Shown: positions 6,741 to 14,861, counted from the first letter of the stretch. The stretch is DNA of 24,000 nucleotides from Aeromonas salmonicida subsp. salmonicida (GCF_001643305.1 NZ_LSGW01000056.1:9231-33230), one strand, 5' to 3'. Notes: generated by a model from the letters alone, not told the origin. Made by a program: numbers and translations.

Positions 6741-8312
6741 TCAGGCCCCCATCAGGCTCTGCAGCTGGTTTTTCACCAGATGCACCTGCGGGCCGATCAC
6801 CACCTGCAGGTTGTGCTCATCGAGCTTGATCACCCCGATGGCGCCGTTCGCTTTCAATACCTTGTCATCGACCCGGCTCATGTCCTGCACCGACATCCGC
6901 AGGCGGGTGATGCAGTTATCGAGCGCGAGTATGTTATCAGCCCCGCCCAAGGCGTTAAGGATCACCTCACCGTTGTAACCGCTGTTGCCTGCCTTCTTGC
7001 CTGCGGGCTGGGCAGCCTCGCTGGTCTCAACCTCACGGCCGGGAGTCTTGAGGTTGAAGCGCACTATGGCGAAGCGGAACACGCTGTAGTAGATGGCAAA
7101 CCAGATGGCGGCCGCGACCGGCACCAGATACCACTTGGTGGCGGTGCCTTGCAGCACGCCGAACACCAGAAAATCGATGAGGTTACCGTCGGTATTGCCT
7201 ATGGTAACGCCGAGCAGCCCCATGGTCATAAAGCCGAGACCGGTCAGGATGGCGTGAATGACGTAGAGCACAGGTGCCACGAACAGGAACAGGAACTCGA
7301 GCGGCTCTGTGATGCCGCCGATGACGCAGGCCACCACGCCGGAGACCAGCAGCGCTTTGATCTTGCCGCGATTTTCCGGCCGTGCGCAGTGATACATGGC
7401 AAGCGCTGCACCCGGCAAGCCGCCGAGGAAGGCTGGCATCTTGCCCTGAGAGAGGAAAGAGGTGGCAGATACCGAGAAGCCGGAAGTGTCGGCGCAGGAG
7501 AGCTCGGCGTAGAAAATATTGAGGGCGCCGCTCACCTCGTGACCGCATACCAGTTGGGTGCCACCCGCTTCGGTAAAGCGAATCAGCGCCACCAGAATGT
7601 GGTGCAGACCAAGCGGCAGCAGCAGACGCTCACCGGTACCGAACAGGAAGGGACCGAAGGGGCCGGCGTGGGAAATCAGCGCCCCGATACCGTTGATGCC
7701 GGCGGCAAACCAGGGCCAGGCGAACGGTACTACCAGACCGACCACACCCAACACCAGCACTGTGATGATGGGCACGAAGCGAGCACCGCCGAAGAAGGCG
7801 AGCGCATCCGGCATCTTGTAGGTGTAGAAACGGGCGTGCAGTTTGGCGACGATCACCCCGACTATGATGGCCCCCAGAATGCCGGTGTCGATGGAGCTGA
7901 TGCCTAGGATCGATTTCACCCCGTAGGCCTTCTCCGCCGCAGCATCACCGATCACGTTGGCCACGGTGAGATAGAAGTTGATAGAGAGGTTGAGCGCCGC
8001 ATAGCCAACGAAACCGGCAAAAGCCGCGACTCCTTTCTCTTCCCGCGCCAGCCCCAACGGAATGGCGACCGCAAACATCACCGGCAGGTAGATAAAGGCC
8101 ACCAGCCCCACCTTGGTCATCCAGAGGAACAGCAGTTGCAGCACCATGTTGTCGAGGAAGGGCATGCTCTGCTTGACCGCATCGCTGGTGAGCGAACTGC
8201 CGACACCGAGCAAGATACCGGAGAAGGCCAGCAGGGCGACCGGCAGCATAAAGGTCTTGCCGAGGCTCTGCAGGAACTCCCATATGGTGGATTTAGCGGG
8301 GGACTTGGCCAT
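6741..8312 (-). CDS. malX: PTS maltose/glucose-family EIICB component
   Basis: Collinear with E. coli MalX as I recall it (..WEFLQSLGKTFMLPVALL.., ..GTGERLLLPLGLHHILVALIRFT.., ..ITEPLEFLFLFVAPVLYVIHA.., C-terminal EIIB ..LGGADNILALDNCITRLR..). Start is ATG (complement of 8310-8312) with AAGGA 9 nt upstream. The ORF-track start at 8369 adds 19 unlikely residues. Confidence 0.92.
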   Translation of the reverse strand: MAKSPAKSTIWEFLQSLGKTFMLPVALLAFSGILLGVGSSLTSDAVKQSMPFLDNMVLQLLFLWMTKVGLVAFIYLPVMFAVAIPLGLAREEKGVAAFAGFVGYAALNLSINFYLTVANVIGDAAAEKAYGVKSILGISSIDTGILGAIIVGVIVAKLHARFYTYKMPDALAFFGGARFVPIITVLVLGVVGLVVPFAWPWFAAGINGIGALISHAGPFGPFLFGTGERLLLPLGLHHILVALIRFTEAGGTQLVCGHEVSGALNIFYAELSCADTSGFSVSATSFLSQGKMPAFLGGLPGAALAMYHCARPENRGKIKALLVSGVVACVIGGITEPLEFLFLFVAPVLYVIHAILTGLGFMTMGLLGVTIGNTDGNLIDFLVFGVLQGTATKWYLVPVAAAIWFAIYYSVFRFAIVRFNLKTPGREVETSEAAQPAGKKAGNSGYNGEVILNALGGADNILALDNCITRLRMSVQDMSRVDDKVLKANGAIGVIKLDEHNLQVVIGPQVHLVKNQLQSLMGA

Positions 8313-8415
8313 GTGTCTGATCCTTGTGAAGTGAAGGTCACGTCTCGATGCCGATCTCCCGTACTGCACTCAGGGAGGGCAGGCAGGGGAGAGAGACCGC
8401 ATCAGGTTTTGTTGA

Positions 8416-8433
8416 TGATAAAACGTTTTATCA
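8416..8433. promoter_or_regulatory. Candidate MalI operator (perfect 18-bp palindrome) in the malX-malI divergent region
   Basis: TGATAAAAC|GTTTTATCA is a perfect inverted repeat with the central CG typical of LacI/GalR-family operators. Its 16-bp core GATAAAACGTTTTATC matches my recollection of the E. coli MalI operator. Confidence 0.7.
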
Positions 8434-8515
8434 ACTCACAAGTGCCGACAGGATCACAGAATGGCAGGCCTGAATGGCGAGTGGATCAAAATCTGTGAGC
8501 CAGATCGGCACAGCT

Positions 8516-8533
8516 GTGATGTAACGTTTCACT
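8516..8533. promoter_or_regulatory. Possible second, degenerate MalI operator
   Basis: GATGTAACGTTTCACT (8518-8533) matches 11 of 16 positions of the perfect site, including the AACGTT core. It lies just upstream of the malI start candidates. Confidence 0.3.
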
Positions 8534-8598
8534 TGGGTATACGAGGGGGTATGCTGTGGTTCTCCGGTCTCTTTGCCCATGGCTGCAGCACTCGCACT

Positions 8599-8643
8599 AT
8601 GTCGTCACAACCCATGCCGTCCAAACCTATGTCGTCCAAACCG
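8599..8643 (+). repeat. Imperfect 15-nt tandem repeat x3 at the 5' end of malI
   Basis: ATGTCGTCACAACCC / ATGCCGTCCAAACCT / ATGTCGTCCAAACCG (12-13 of 15 identical). Each unit starts with an in-frame ATG and encodes MSSQP-MPSKP-MSSKP. Confidence 0.85.
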
Positions 8644-9666
8644 CTTGTATCGAAAAACGTCAAGATCACCGATGTCGCCCAGCTGGCGGGAGTCTCGGTC
8701 ACTACCGTCTCCATGGTGCTCAATGGCAAGGGGCGTATCTCGCCGGCGACCGCCGAGCGGGTTCAGCAGGCCATCAAAGCGCTCGACTACGTGCCCAACA
8801 GCGCCGCCGCCAACCTGCGCAGCCAGCAATCCAACCTGGTGGGACTGATCCTGCGCGACATCACGGATCCCTTCTATACCGAGGTCACGGCCGGGGTGAG
8901 CGAGGTGCTGGAGCAACAGGGCTATCTGCTGTTTCTGACCCAGTGCGGCCACAGCCCGGAGCGATTGCAGCAGAGCATCCAGTCCCTGTCACGCCAGGGG
9001 GTGGCGGGCATCATCTTCAATCCGGTGCGCGGCGCGGCGGCTAAAACCCTGGAGACCCTGCTGGGCTCACAGCTGCCGGTGGTGTGCGCCGCCCGCTCCT
9101 ACTACCGGGATGACGTGGACTTTATCGGTCCCGACAACACCCATGCCGCCCAGCAGGCCACCACCTATCTCATCGAGCAGGGCCACCGCCATATCGCCTA
9201 CGTGGGCGGGCGGGCCGACTCCCTCACCCGCGCCGAGCGCATCGGCGGCTACTGCGCCAGCCTGCTGCAATACGGCCTCCCCTTCAAACCCGAGTGGGTA
9301 CTGGAGTGCGAGCGCACCCAGCGCAGCGCAGCCGACACTATCGCCCAACTGCTGCACCAGCACCCCAAGGTGACGGCCATTCTCTGCCACTACCCAGAGG
9401 TGGCGCTCGGCGGCATTTACGGGGTGGAGGCGAGCGGACGCACAGTGGGCAAGGACAACTACATAGGCCAGCAAGTAGCCCTGCTCGGCTTTGACGACGT
9501 GGCAGAGGCGGAACTCACTTATCCCGCCCTCACCTTCGTCAGCTCACCGGCACGGGAAATAGGCCGCCAGGCCGCCTTGCGGCTGCTGACCCGGATGCAG
9601 CAACCGGAGCTTGCCCCCAATCGTCATATCATCGCCCCCCATCTGCAGAAGCGGGCATCAGCCTGA
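8599..9666 (+). CDS. malI: LacI-family transcriptional repressor of malXY
   Basis: An HTH (..VKITDVAQLAGVSVTTVSMVLNGKGRISPATAERVQQAIKALDYVPNSAAANLR..) is followed by a periplasmic-binding-protein-like sugar domain. The gene is divergent from malXY as in E. coli. The start is uncertain: in-frame ATGs occur at 8551, 8599, 8614 and 8629, and none has a good SD. The ORF-track start at 8461 is unlikely. Confidence 0.85.
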   Translation: MSSQPMPSKPMSSKPLVSKNVKITDVAQLAGVSVTTVSMVLNGKGRISPATAERVQQAIKALDYVPNSAAANLRSQQSNLVGLILRDITDPFYTEVTAGVSEVLEQQGYLLFLTQCGHSPERLQQSIQSLSRQGVAGIIFNPVRGAAAKTLETLLGSQLPVVCAARSYYRDDVDFIGPDNTHAAQQATTYLIEQGHRHIAYVGGRADSLTRAERIGGYCASLLQYGLPFKPEWVLECERTQRSAADTIAQLLHQHPKVTAILCHYPEVALGGIYGVEASGRTVGKDNYIGQQVALLGFDDVAEAELTYPALTFVSSPAREIGRQAALRLLTRMQQPELAPNRHIIAPHLQKRASA

Positions 9667-10017
9667 CCAGGCAGGTCGCGCCATGCGGCCTCGCCTTGTC
9701 ATGTCCCCCACCCCCCCAGATGCCGGGTGCCATCAACAAACAGGCCATTGGATGATCGGGAACCGATTATCACCACGCGCTGCTGTCCCTTTCGGGTTTA
9801 GCTCGTGACATGAGCAGTGAGCAATCAAGCCTCAAGGGGGTCGCATCCATGGCGCGGATGGATCACACTGGGCTGGCTAACAGGAATAAACTGACGGTGG
9901 TCAGGCTCTGTCTCTGCCTTGTTTTCACGCTGGCACACCCAGGCCCTGCAGACGCAGAAAGCCGGGCAATGAACCGCGCCACATTGCGTATCTTTACTGG
10001 AAAATGGAGTCTTCAGG

Positions 10018-11232
10018 ATGAGAAATTGGATTCGTCTCGGTATTTTTACCCTGCTTTTGCACATAGGCGTGTCACCGGCGTTTGCTCAACAGAGCGAGCC
10101 GGTTCAGGTAACGTCAGGCGTCCAATACCAGTTGATTGCACGCTGGGATCAGGATCAGCTGAACAAGATCCTGACCCGTGACACACCGGCCTTTGCCGGC
10201 ATCACTGTCTCGTATACACCCGCACGCAATGCCGTGCGCCTCTATCGCATCAGCTACCACTCCGTCATCCCCGAGATGGGCAACAAACCCACAGTGGCCT
10301 CTGGCCTGCTGGCTGTGCCTGACACCGGTGGCCAGGACTTTCCAACCGTCTCCTATCAGCACGGCACCGTCTATGGTCACAATGAGGTGCCCTCCTTTGC
10401 CGATCAGTCACCGGAAACCCAGTTGATGATCGCGCAGTTCGCGGGTCAGGGGTACCTGCTCATCGGTGCCGACTACTTTGGCCTCGGCACCTCGACCGAG
10501 CCGGAAGGCTATATGGTCAAGGGCAGCCATCAACAGGCCACATTTGATCTGCTGATGGCCAGCCGCGCCGTGCTCGCCCACATGCAGATCGTCAGCGACA
10601 AGCTGTTTCTGGCGGGCTGGTCACAGGGGGGATTCGTGACCATGGCCTTCCTCGAGAAACTCGAAGCAGCCGGGGTCAAGGTCGATGGCGCCGCCAGCGC
10701 ACCGCTGGATGTCTACGCCTTGATGCAGGGCTTTCTGGTCTACCCGCGCAAGTTCGATGCCGTCTGGCTCAACAGCATCATGATCCTCTCATCCTTTGCC
10801 TACGAGCATTACTACGGCATACCTGGGCTCGCCCGCTCCTTGCTGACCGACGAGTATTACGACATTGCCAAGAAGGCCTATGACAGAGAGCCCTTCAATC
10901 CGTCCGACATCACCACGGATCTGCACAAGCTGATCCGCCCGGCCTATTTCGACCCTCACTATTTTGCCAACTCGGCGTTTGGCAAGCTGATCGGCTCAGC
11001 ACACGCCTACCGCTGGGTCATACAGTCACCAGTACGCAACTACTACGGGGAAACCGATGAGGCAATCACACCGGGAGTCGGTCGCATGGCGATGACGTAT
11101 GCCCAATCCATGGGATCGGGCAACCAGAACGTCGAGGCCATCTCGACCGGCCCGACCACCCATCGCGGCACCTTCGCCACCGCAGTCCCCCAGTGGAAAG
11201 CCTGGTTCGACAAGGTTGCAAAGCCAAAGTGA
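10018..11232 (+). CDS. Secreted alpha/beta-fold hydrolase (lipase/esterase-like)
   Basis: GGAG lies 8 nt upstream of the ATG. It has a Sec signal peptide (MRNWIRLGIFTLLLHIGVSPAFA|QQ) and the nucleophile elbow LAGWSQGG (GxSxG). Plausible triad partners follow in canonical order (..YYGETDEAITP.. Asp, ..GPTTHRGTF.. His). Confidence 0.8.
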   Translation: MRNWIRLGIFTLLLHIGVSPAFAQQSEPVQVTSGVQYQLIARWDQDQLNKILTRDTPAFAGITVSYTPARNAVRLYRISYHSVIPEMGNKPTVASGLLAVPDTGGQDFPTVSYQHGTVYGHNEVPSFADQSPETQLMIAQFAGQGYLLIGADYFGLGTSTEPEGYMVKGSHQQATFDLLMASRAVLAHMQIVSDKLFLAGWSQGGFVTMAFLEKLEAAGVKVDGAASAPLDVYALMQGFLVYPRKFDAVWLNSIMILSSFAYEHYYGIPGLARSLLTDEYYDIAKKAYDREPFNPSDITTDLHKLIRPAYFDPHYFANSAFGKLIGSAHAYRWVIQSPVRNYYGETDEAITPGVGRMAMTYAQSMGSGNQNVEAISTGPTTHRGTFATAVPQWKAWFDKVAKPK

Positions 11233-11238
11233 CCTCGG

Positions 11239-11275
11239 CACCTGACCCCCCGGCAAAACGCCGGGGGGTCAGGTG
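11239..11275 (+). terminator. Strong GC hairpin after the hydrolase gene (probable terminator, no U-run)
   Basis: 16-bp perfect stem CACCTGACCCCCCGGC / GCCGGGGGGTCAGGTG with loop AAAAC, starting 7 nt after the stop. Confidence 0.5.
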
Positions 11276-11509
11276 GCAAATACCCCCAGCCCCGGTATCT
11301 GCATGGATATCGGGTTCTTGCTCTGCATCACAGACCTTGCTGATCTCTTTGACCGCACCACCACAGCCCATCCCCCGATAACCGAAGCGGTTCACGTTTT
11401 TTTCATCTGAAAGGGAGTAGAGTAAGCAATCACCAAGTTGATGTTTTTATTGAAAAAGCCCCTACGGGTGATGGAATGGCCTGGTGCCCTTAACCCTCGG
11501 TGGAACGCC

Positions 11510-12616
11510 ATGATGAAGAAAAATGCGATTGCCCTGACCCTGGCCAGCCTGTTGGCGCTGCCAGTGTTTATCCCCTCCGATGCCTGGGCGGCCCCTGTGC
11601 GCTCCCTGCAAAAGGAGCAAAATTACGATCAGTACATCAGCAAGCGCCAGGTGGTTGATCAACTGCTGGCGGATGCCTGGCAGGTCTTCAAGTCGCCGGC
11701 TCGTATCTCCACTGCCGGTTTCACCGCCAAGATGCCAAGCAACATGGAGCAGGTCACAGAGCTGCTGCTGCAGGCCTATCAGCTCGAACCCTACCGCACC
11801 GATCTGCTGATCTCGGCAGCCAACGCCCAGATTTACAACGGCAACGTGGACAAGGCCATCACTCTGTTCGAGCAGGGTCTCAGCACGGCACCAGACGATC
11901 TGGATTTGAACACCTATCTCGCCACCTGGCAGCGGTTCAAAGGCAATCAGGGCAAGGCTGATGACTATTTCAAACGGGTGAGCGAGCTCAACAGCGGCCG
12001 CGCCGCCGACCTGAAAGGCATCTTCGACACCATAGACAGAGTCAATGCCACTCCACTCAAGGAACGTCAGGGACGGGAAAAGAAAAAGGGGCGGCAAGCC
12101 ATCGTCACCCTGGGGTATGCCCTCAACCCGGATGGCAGCATGCACGAGATCCTGCTGGGCCGACTGGAGACCACCCGCTCCCTGGCACAGGCCAATCCGG
12201 CTGCGCTGATCATACTGACAGGTGGCGTGCCCCAGAACCGCCAGACCGAAGGCAAGCTGATGGCCGACTGGCTGGTAAAGAAAGGGGTAGATCGCTCGCG
12301 CATCATTGAGGAGAACTACGCCACCAGCACGGTGGAAAATGCCCTCTACAGCGGCTATGCCCTGGCCCGTCACCAGATCCAGTATGCGACCCTGGTGAGC
12401 TCCGCCAGCCACGTTCGCCGTGGCCAGACCCTGCTGGAGATCGCCTGCTGGCAGAGCGGTCCCACCGGGATCCAGATAGACAGCGTCAGCTACCCGGACA
12501 AGCCGCTCTCGGCACTGGCCAAGGTGAGCGACAGCGAACTGCTCGGCATCTACCGCGATGCGCTGCGCACCTATGGCCTCTGGAGTTACCGCTCCGCCCC
12601 CCTGCTGGAGCGCTAA
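11510..12616 (+). CDS. Periplasmic TPR-repeat protein fused to a DUF218 (YdcF/ElyC/SanA-like) domain
   Basis: Starting at ATG 11510 gives a canonical Sec signal (MMKKNAIALTLASLLALPVFIPSDAWA|AP); the ORF-track start at 11438 does not. The middle has TPR-like repeats (..AQIYNGNVDKAITLFEQGLSTAPDD.., ..FKGNQGKADDYFKRVSELN..). The C-terminal half matches the DUF218 pattern (..AIVTLGYALNPDGS..LIILTGG..EGKLMADWLVKKGV..IIEENYATSTVENA..VSSASHVRR..). Confidence 0.8.
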   Translation: MMKKNAIALTLASLLALPVFIPSDAWAAPVRSLQKEQNYDQYISKRQVVDQLLADAWQVFKSPARISTAGFTAKMPSNMEQVTELLLQAYQLEPYRTDLLISAANAQIYNGNVDKAITLFEQGLSTAPDDLDLNTYLATWQRFKGNQGKADDYFKRVSELNSGRAADLKGIFDTIDRVNATPLKERQGREKKKGRQAIVTLGYALNPDGSMHEILLGRLETTRSLAQANPAALIILTGGVPQNRQTEGKLMADWLVKKGVDRSRIIEENYATSTVENALYSGYALARHQIQYATLVSSASHVRRGQTLLEIACWQSGPTGIQIDSVSYPDKPLSALAKVSDSELLGIYRDALRTYGLWSYRSAPLLER

Positions 12617-12645
12617 TCGCCAGCACCCGGCCAGAAAATAAAAAT

Positions 12646-12677
12646 GCCCACTTCATGAGTGGGCGTTTTTATTTTTT
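12646..12677 (+). terminator. Rho-independent terminator
   Basis: GCCCACT-TCATG-AGTGGGC followed by GTTTTTATTTTTT. An A-run precedes it, so it may work in both directions. Confidence 0.8.
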
Positions 12678-13096
12678 CCGCTCTCACCCGGGTGGCGACA
12701 GCTCACTATTATCTTATTTACCATCCACAGGAAGAGGCCGCTAGGGTGGCGAAAAGGCAACCAAAATACAGAATGCAACAGCCGCCAGCAGATAGCGGCT
12801 ATCATCAAGTCGCCTATATTTAAAACTATATTAGCAACCTGGCAGACAAGGTAACGAAACCCACAAAAAACACCTAACCAATTGTTTAATTATACCTTTT
12901 AAATCTCTGATGCAGGGATGAGTAAATTGAAAATAATGGCTCTGCACACAACAGTTACTATCTATCTTATTATTTAATGTCTTTCATTTATTTTTGATAT
13001 AAACAACAGCAATATTTTCACACAATTAATCGCTGCGCTTCATCTCGTTCATTCGCTTACCATCCGTTTGTTCAGGCAATACGATGGAAACAAACG

Positions 13097-14827
13097 ATGA
13101 AATACACGCTGATGATCTCTCTACTGGCACCCACCCTGTTGGCGGGCTGCGAACTGGAAAAGAAAGAGGATCCCCCCTTCAAGGGACAACATATCACCGC
13201 CGCCTATGACACAGGTGTCGTCTGTCGCCAATTGCAGCAAGAGTGGCAGCAAGATGACATCGCCAGTCAGCTCAGTTGCCACTACCTGACGGTACCGCTG
13301 GATTACGACAAGGAGTGGGTCGAGGTCAAACAGACCAAATGGGAGAAGCGCCCTGCACCCACCACAGCAACCTCCTTCCTTTCCGGCAACACGACTCGCT
13401 TCTCATCCCCTTCCTGGTCAGATAGCACAACCCGGTTCTCGACTCCCTCCTGGTCAAACGGCACCAACCTGGGTCAGGTCAAGCAGGAGACCCGCAAGGT
13501 CAAGGGTGACAGCATCGATCTCTTCTATGTGCACTATCGCGCCACCGGCGACTATCGCGGCACCCTCTTTTTCAACCCGGGCGGCCCCGATTCAGCAACC
13601 CCGAGGATGGGCCCCCTGCTCACCGCGCTGCGCAATGCCGATCCTGACATTCTCAGACATTACGATATCGTCACCATGGACCCCAGAGGGGCTGGTTACA
13701 GTGCACTCGGACACGAGCTCAGAAGCTGCCTGCTAAAAGACAAAAACGGCGTCAAACCTGACATGACCCCAAGTGAGCTCGCCAGATTATTCATTGAACG
13801 GGACAAGGGCGCCCTGCCGGCACTGAACAATAGCGGCGATCACGGCAAGGCTCTCAGCAAACTGATACAGGAGCGCTGCGACGAGCCATTTCGTCGTTAT
13901 GCACCCCATCTGGGCTCCCAGGCCATAGTGCAGGACATGGATCGCCTGCGCCAACACCTGGGGCATGACAAGATCACCCCCCTCACCTTCTCCTACGGCA
14001 CCCGCCTCGCAGCTCTCTACGCCCAGCGCTACCCGAGCCACGTGGCCGATGTGATCGTCGACTCTTCCATGTCTCCGAGCGAGGATCGCTATCCGGCCAT
14101 CTTCCGGGAGGATGCCGCCAATGCGGGCCGAGTCTTCAACTGGCGCTTTGGCGCCCAGGCGCTGCAACGCAGCGTGGAGGTGACCCGGCAGGTGCGCGAC
14201 AAGGGCCAGTATGTCGATAACCAAGGCAATACTCTGGATCACAAGCAGTGGGAGGCGGTCATGGGAGATGCGCTCACCGGGCAAGAGGGCTACGACCAGC
14301 TGGCGTTCTGGCTGCAGGACGATGCCAGCGAACTGCTGGCTCGTCTCGCCAAAGAGCAAGAGGGGAACAATCCCTACGAGGAGATCATGGGCGGTCCCTT
14401 CTTCTCCGCCATTCACTGCACCGACAACGGCCAATCTTACCGCTGGCAGGATCTGGATCCGGAAGATGCCAGCTTCCAGGGTGCGGGGACTTTTATGCTG
14501 GATAACAGCTTCCATGCCTGTGCAGATTGGCCCTATCCCCGCAAGCCAGTGCCCACTGTGGACGCCGGAGAGATTGCGCTCCCAGCTGGATCATTGGCAC
14601 TGGTACTGGTACTGGGGGCAGAGTATGACCCTATAACCCCTTTCAGCAATACGCGCCAGATGCAGGCCGCCTTTGGGCAGGCGGCCCGTCTGGTCAGAGT
14701 CGAGCAGAGCAGAGCAGAGCAACTTCCATGTTCAGCTGGGCAGTGTCCAATGTGCCAATCAGGCCCTCAGCACCCTGCTGCTGGGCGACAGGCAAACACT
14801 GATGCGGGAGCAAAGCTGCAAGGCTGA
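13097..14827 (+). CDS. Lipoprotein alpha/beta hydrolase of the peptidase S33 / tripeptidyl-aminopeptidase (TAP-like) type; the C-terminus appears frameshifted
   Basis: Lipobox signal MKYTLMISLLAPTLLAG|C. Family motifs are ..LFFNPGGPDSAT.., the nucleophile ..TFSYGTRLAA.. and ..GAEYDPITPFSN... After the (GAGCA)x4 tract at 14702-14721 the annotated frame becomes low-complexity, whereas the +1 frame encodes the expected His- and Cys-containing C-terminus ending at 14831. Confidence 0.8.
   Translation: MKYTLMISLLAPTLLAGCELEKKEDPPFKGQHITAAYDTGVVCRQLQQEWQQDDIASQLSCHYLTVPLDYDKEWVEVKQTKWEKRPAPTTATSFLSGNTTRFSSPSWSDSTTRFSTPSWSNGTNLGQVKQETRKVKGDSIDLFYVHYRATGDYRGTLFFNPGGPDSATPRMGPLLTALRNADPDILRHYDIVTMDPRGAGYSALGHELRSCLLKDKNGVKPDMTPSELARLFIERDKGALPALNNSGDHGKALSKLIQERCDEPFRRYAPHLGSQAIVQDMDRLRQHLGHDKITPLTFSYGTRLAALYAQRYPSHVADVIVDSSMSPSEDRYPAIFREDAANAGRVFNWRFGAQALQRSVEVTRQVRDKGQYVDNQGNTLDHKQWEAVMGDALTGQEGYDQLAFWLQDDASELLARLAKEQEGNNPYEEIMGGPFFSAIHCTDNGQSYRWQDLDPEDASFQGAGTFMLDNSFHACADWPYPRKPVPTVDAGEIALPAGSLALVLVLGAEYDPITPFSNTRQMQAAFGQAARLVRVEQSRAEQLPCSAGQCPMCQSGPQHPAAGRQANTDAGAKLQG
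14702..14721 (+). repeat. Pentanucleotide tandem repeat (GAGCA)x4 inside the hydrolase coding sequence
   Basis: Read directly: GAGCA GAGCA GAGCA GAGCA. The unit length is not a multiple of 3. Confidence 0.95.
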
Positions 14828-14861
14828 TTGAGCACTTGCCCTGACTCATAAAAAACCAAAC

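Noticed and set aside
8437-8515. CRP sites in the malX-malI region (TGTGAGCCAGATCGGCA at 8494-8510, and TCACA words at 8435 and 8454).
   Set aside because: Only one good TGTGA half-site occurs per candidate. The partner half matches 2 of 5 positions or sits at non-canonical 8-9 nt spacing. This is not enough to call.
9810-10181. 123-aa ORF upstream of and overlapping the start of the secreted hydrolase gene.
   Set aside because: It has no SD, overlaps the well-supported signal-peptide start at 10018 in another frame, and its sequence is not protein-like.
11438-11509. Extended N-terminus (TTG 11438 or ATG 11441) for the TPR-DUF218 protein.
   Set aside because: The extension would bury the canonical Sec signal that begins at ATG 11510, and the AGGGAG at 11412-11417 is 20 nt or more from those starts.
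12918-12977. 19-aa hydrophobic mini-ORF (MSKLKIMALHTTVTIYLII) in the AT-rich spacer, as a possible leader peptide or type I toxin.
   Set aside because: The SD-like GGG abuts the ATG at too short a spacing. AT-rich DNA produces such ORFs by chance, and I saw no antisense-RNA-like structure.
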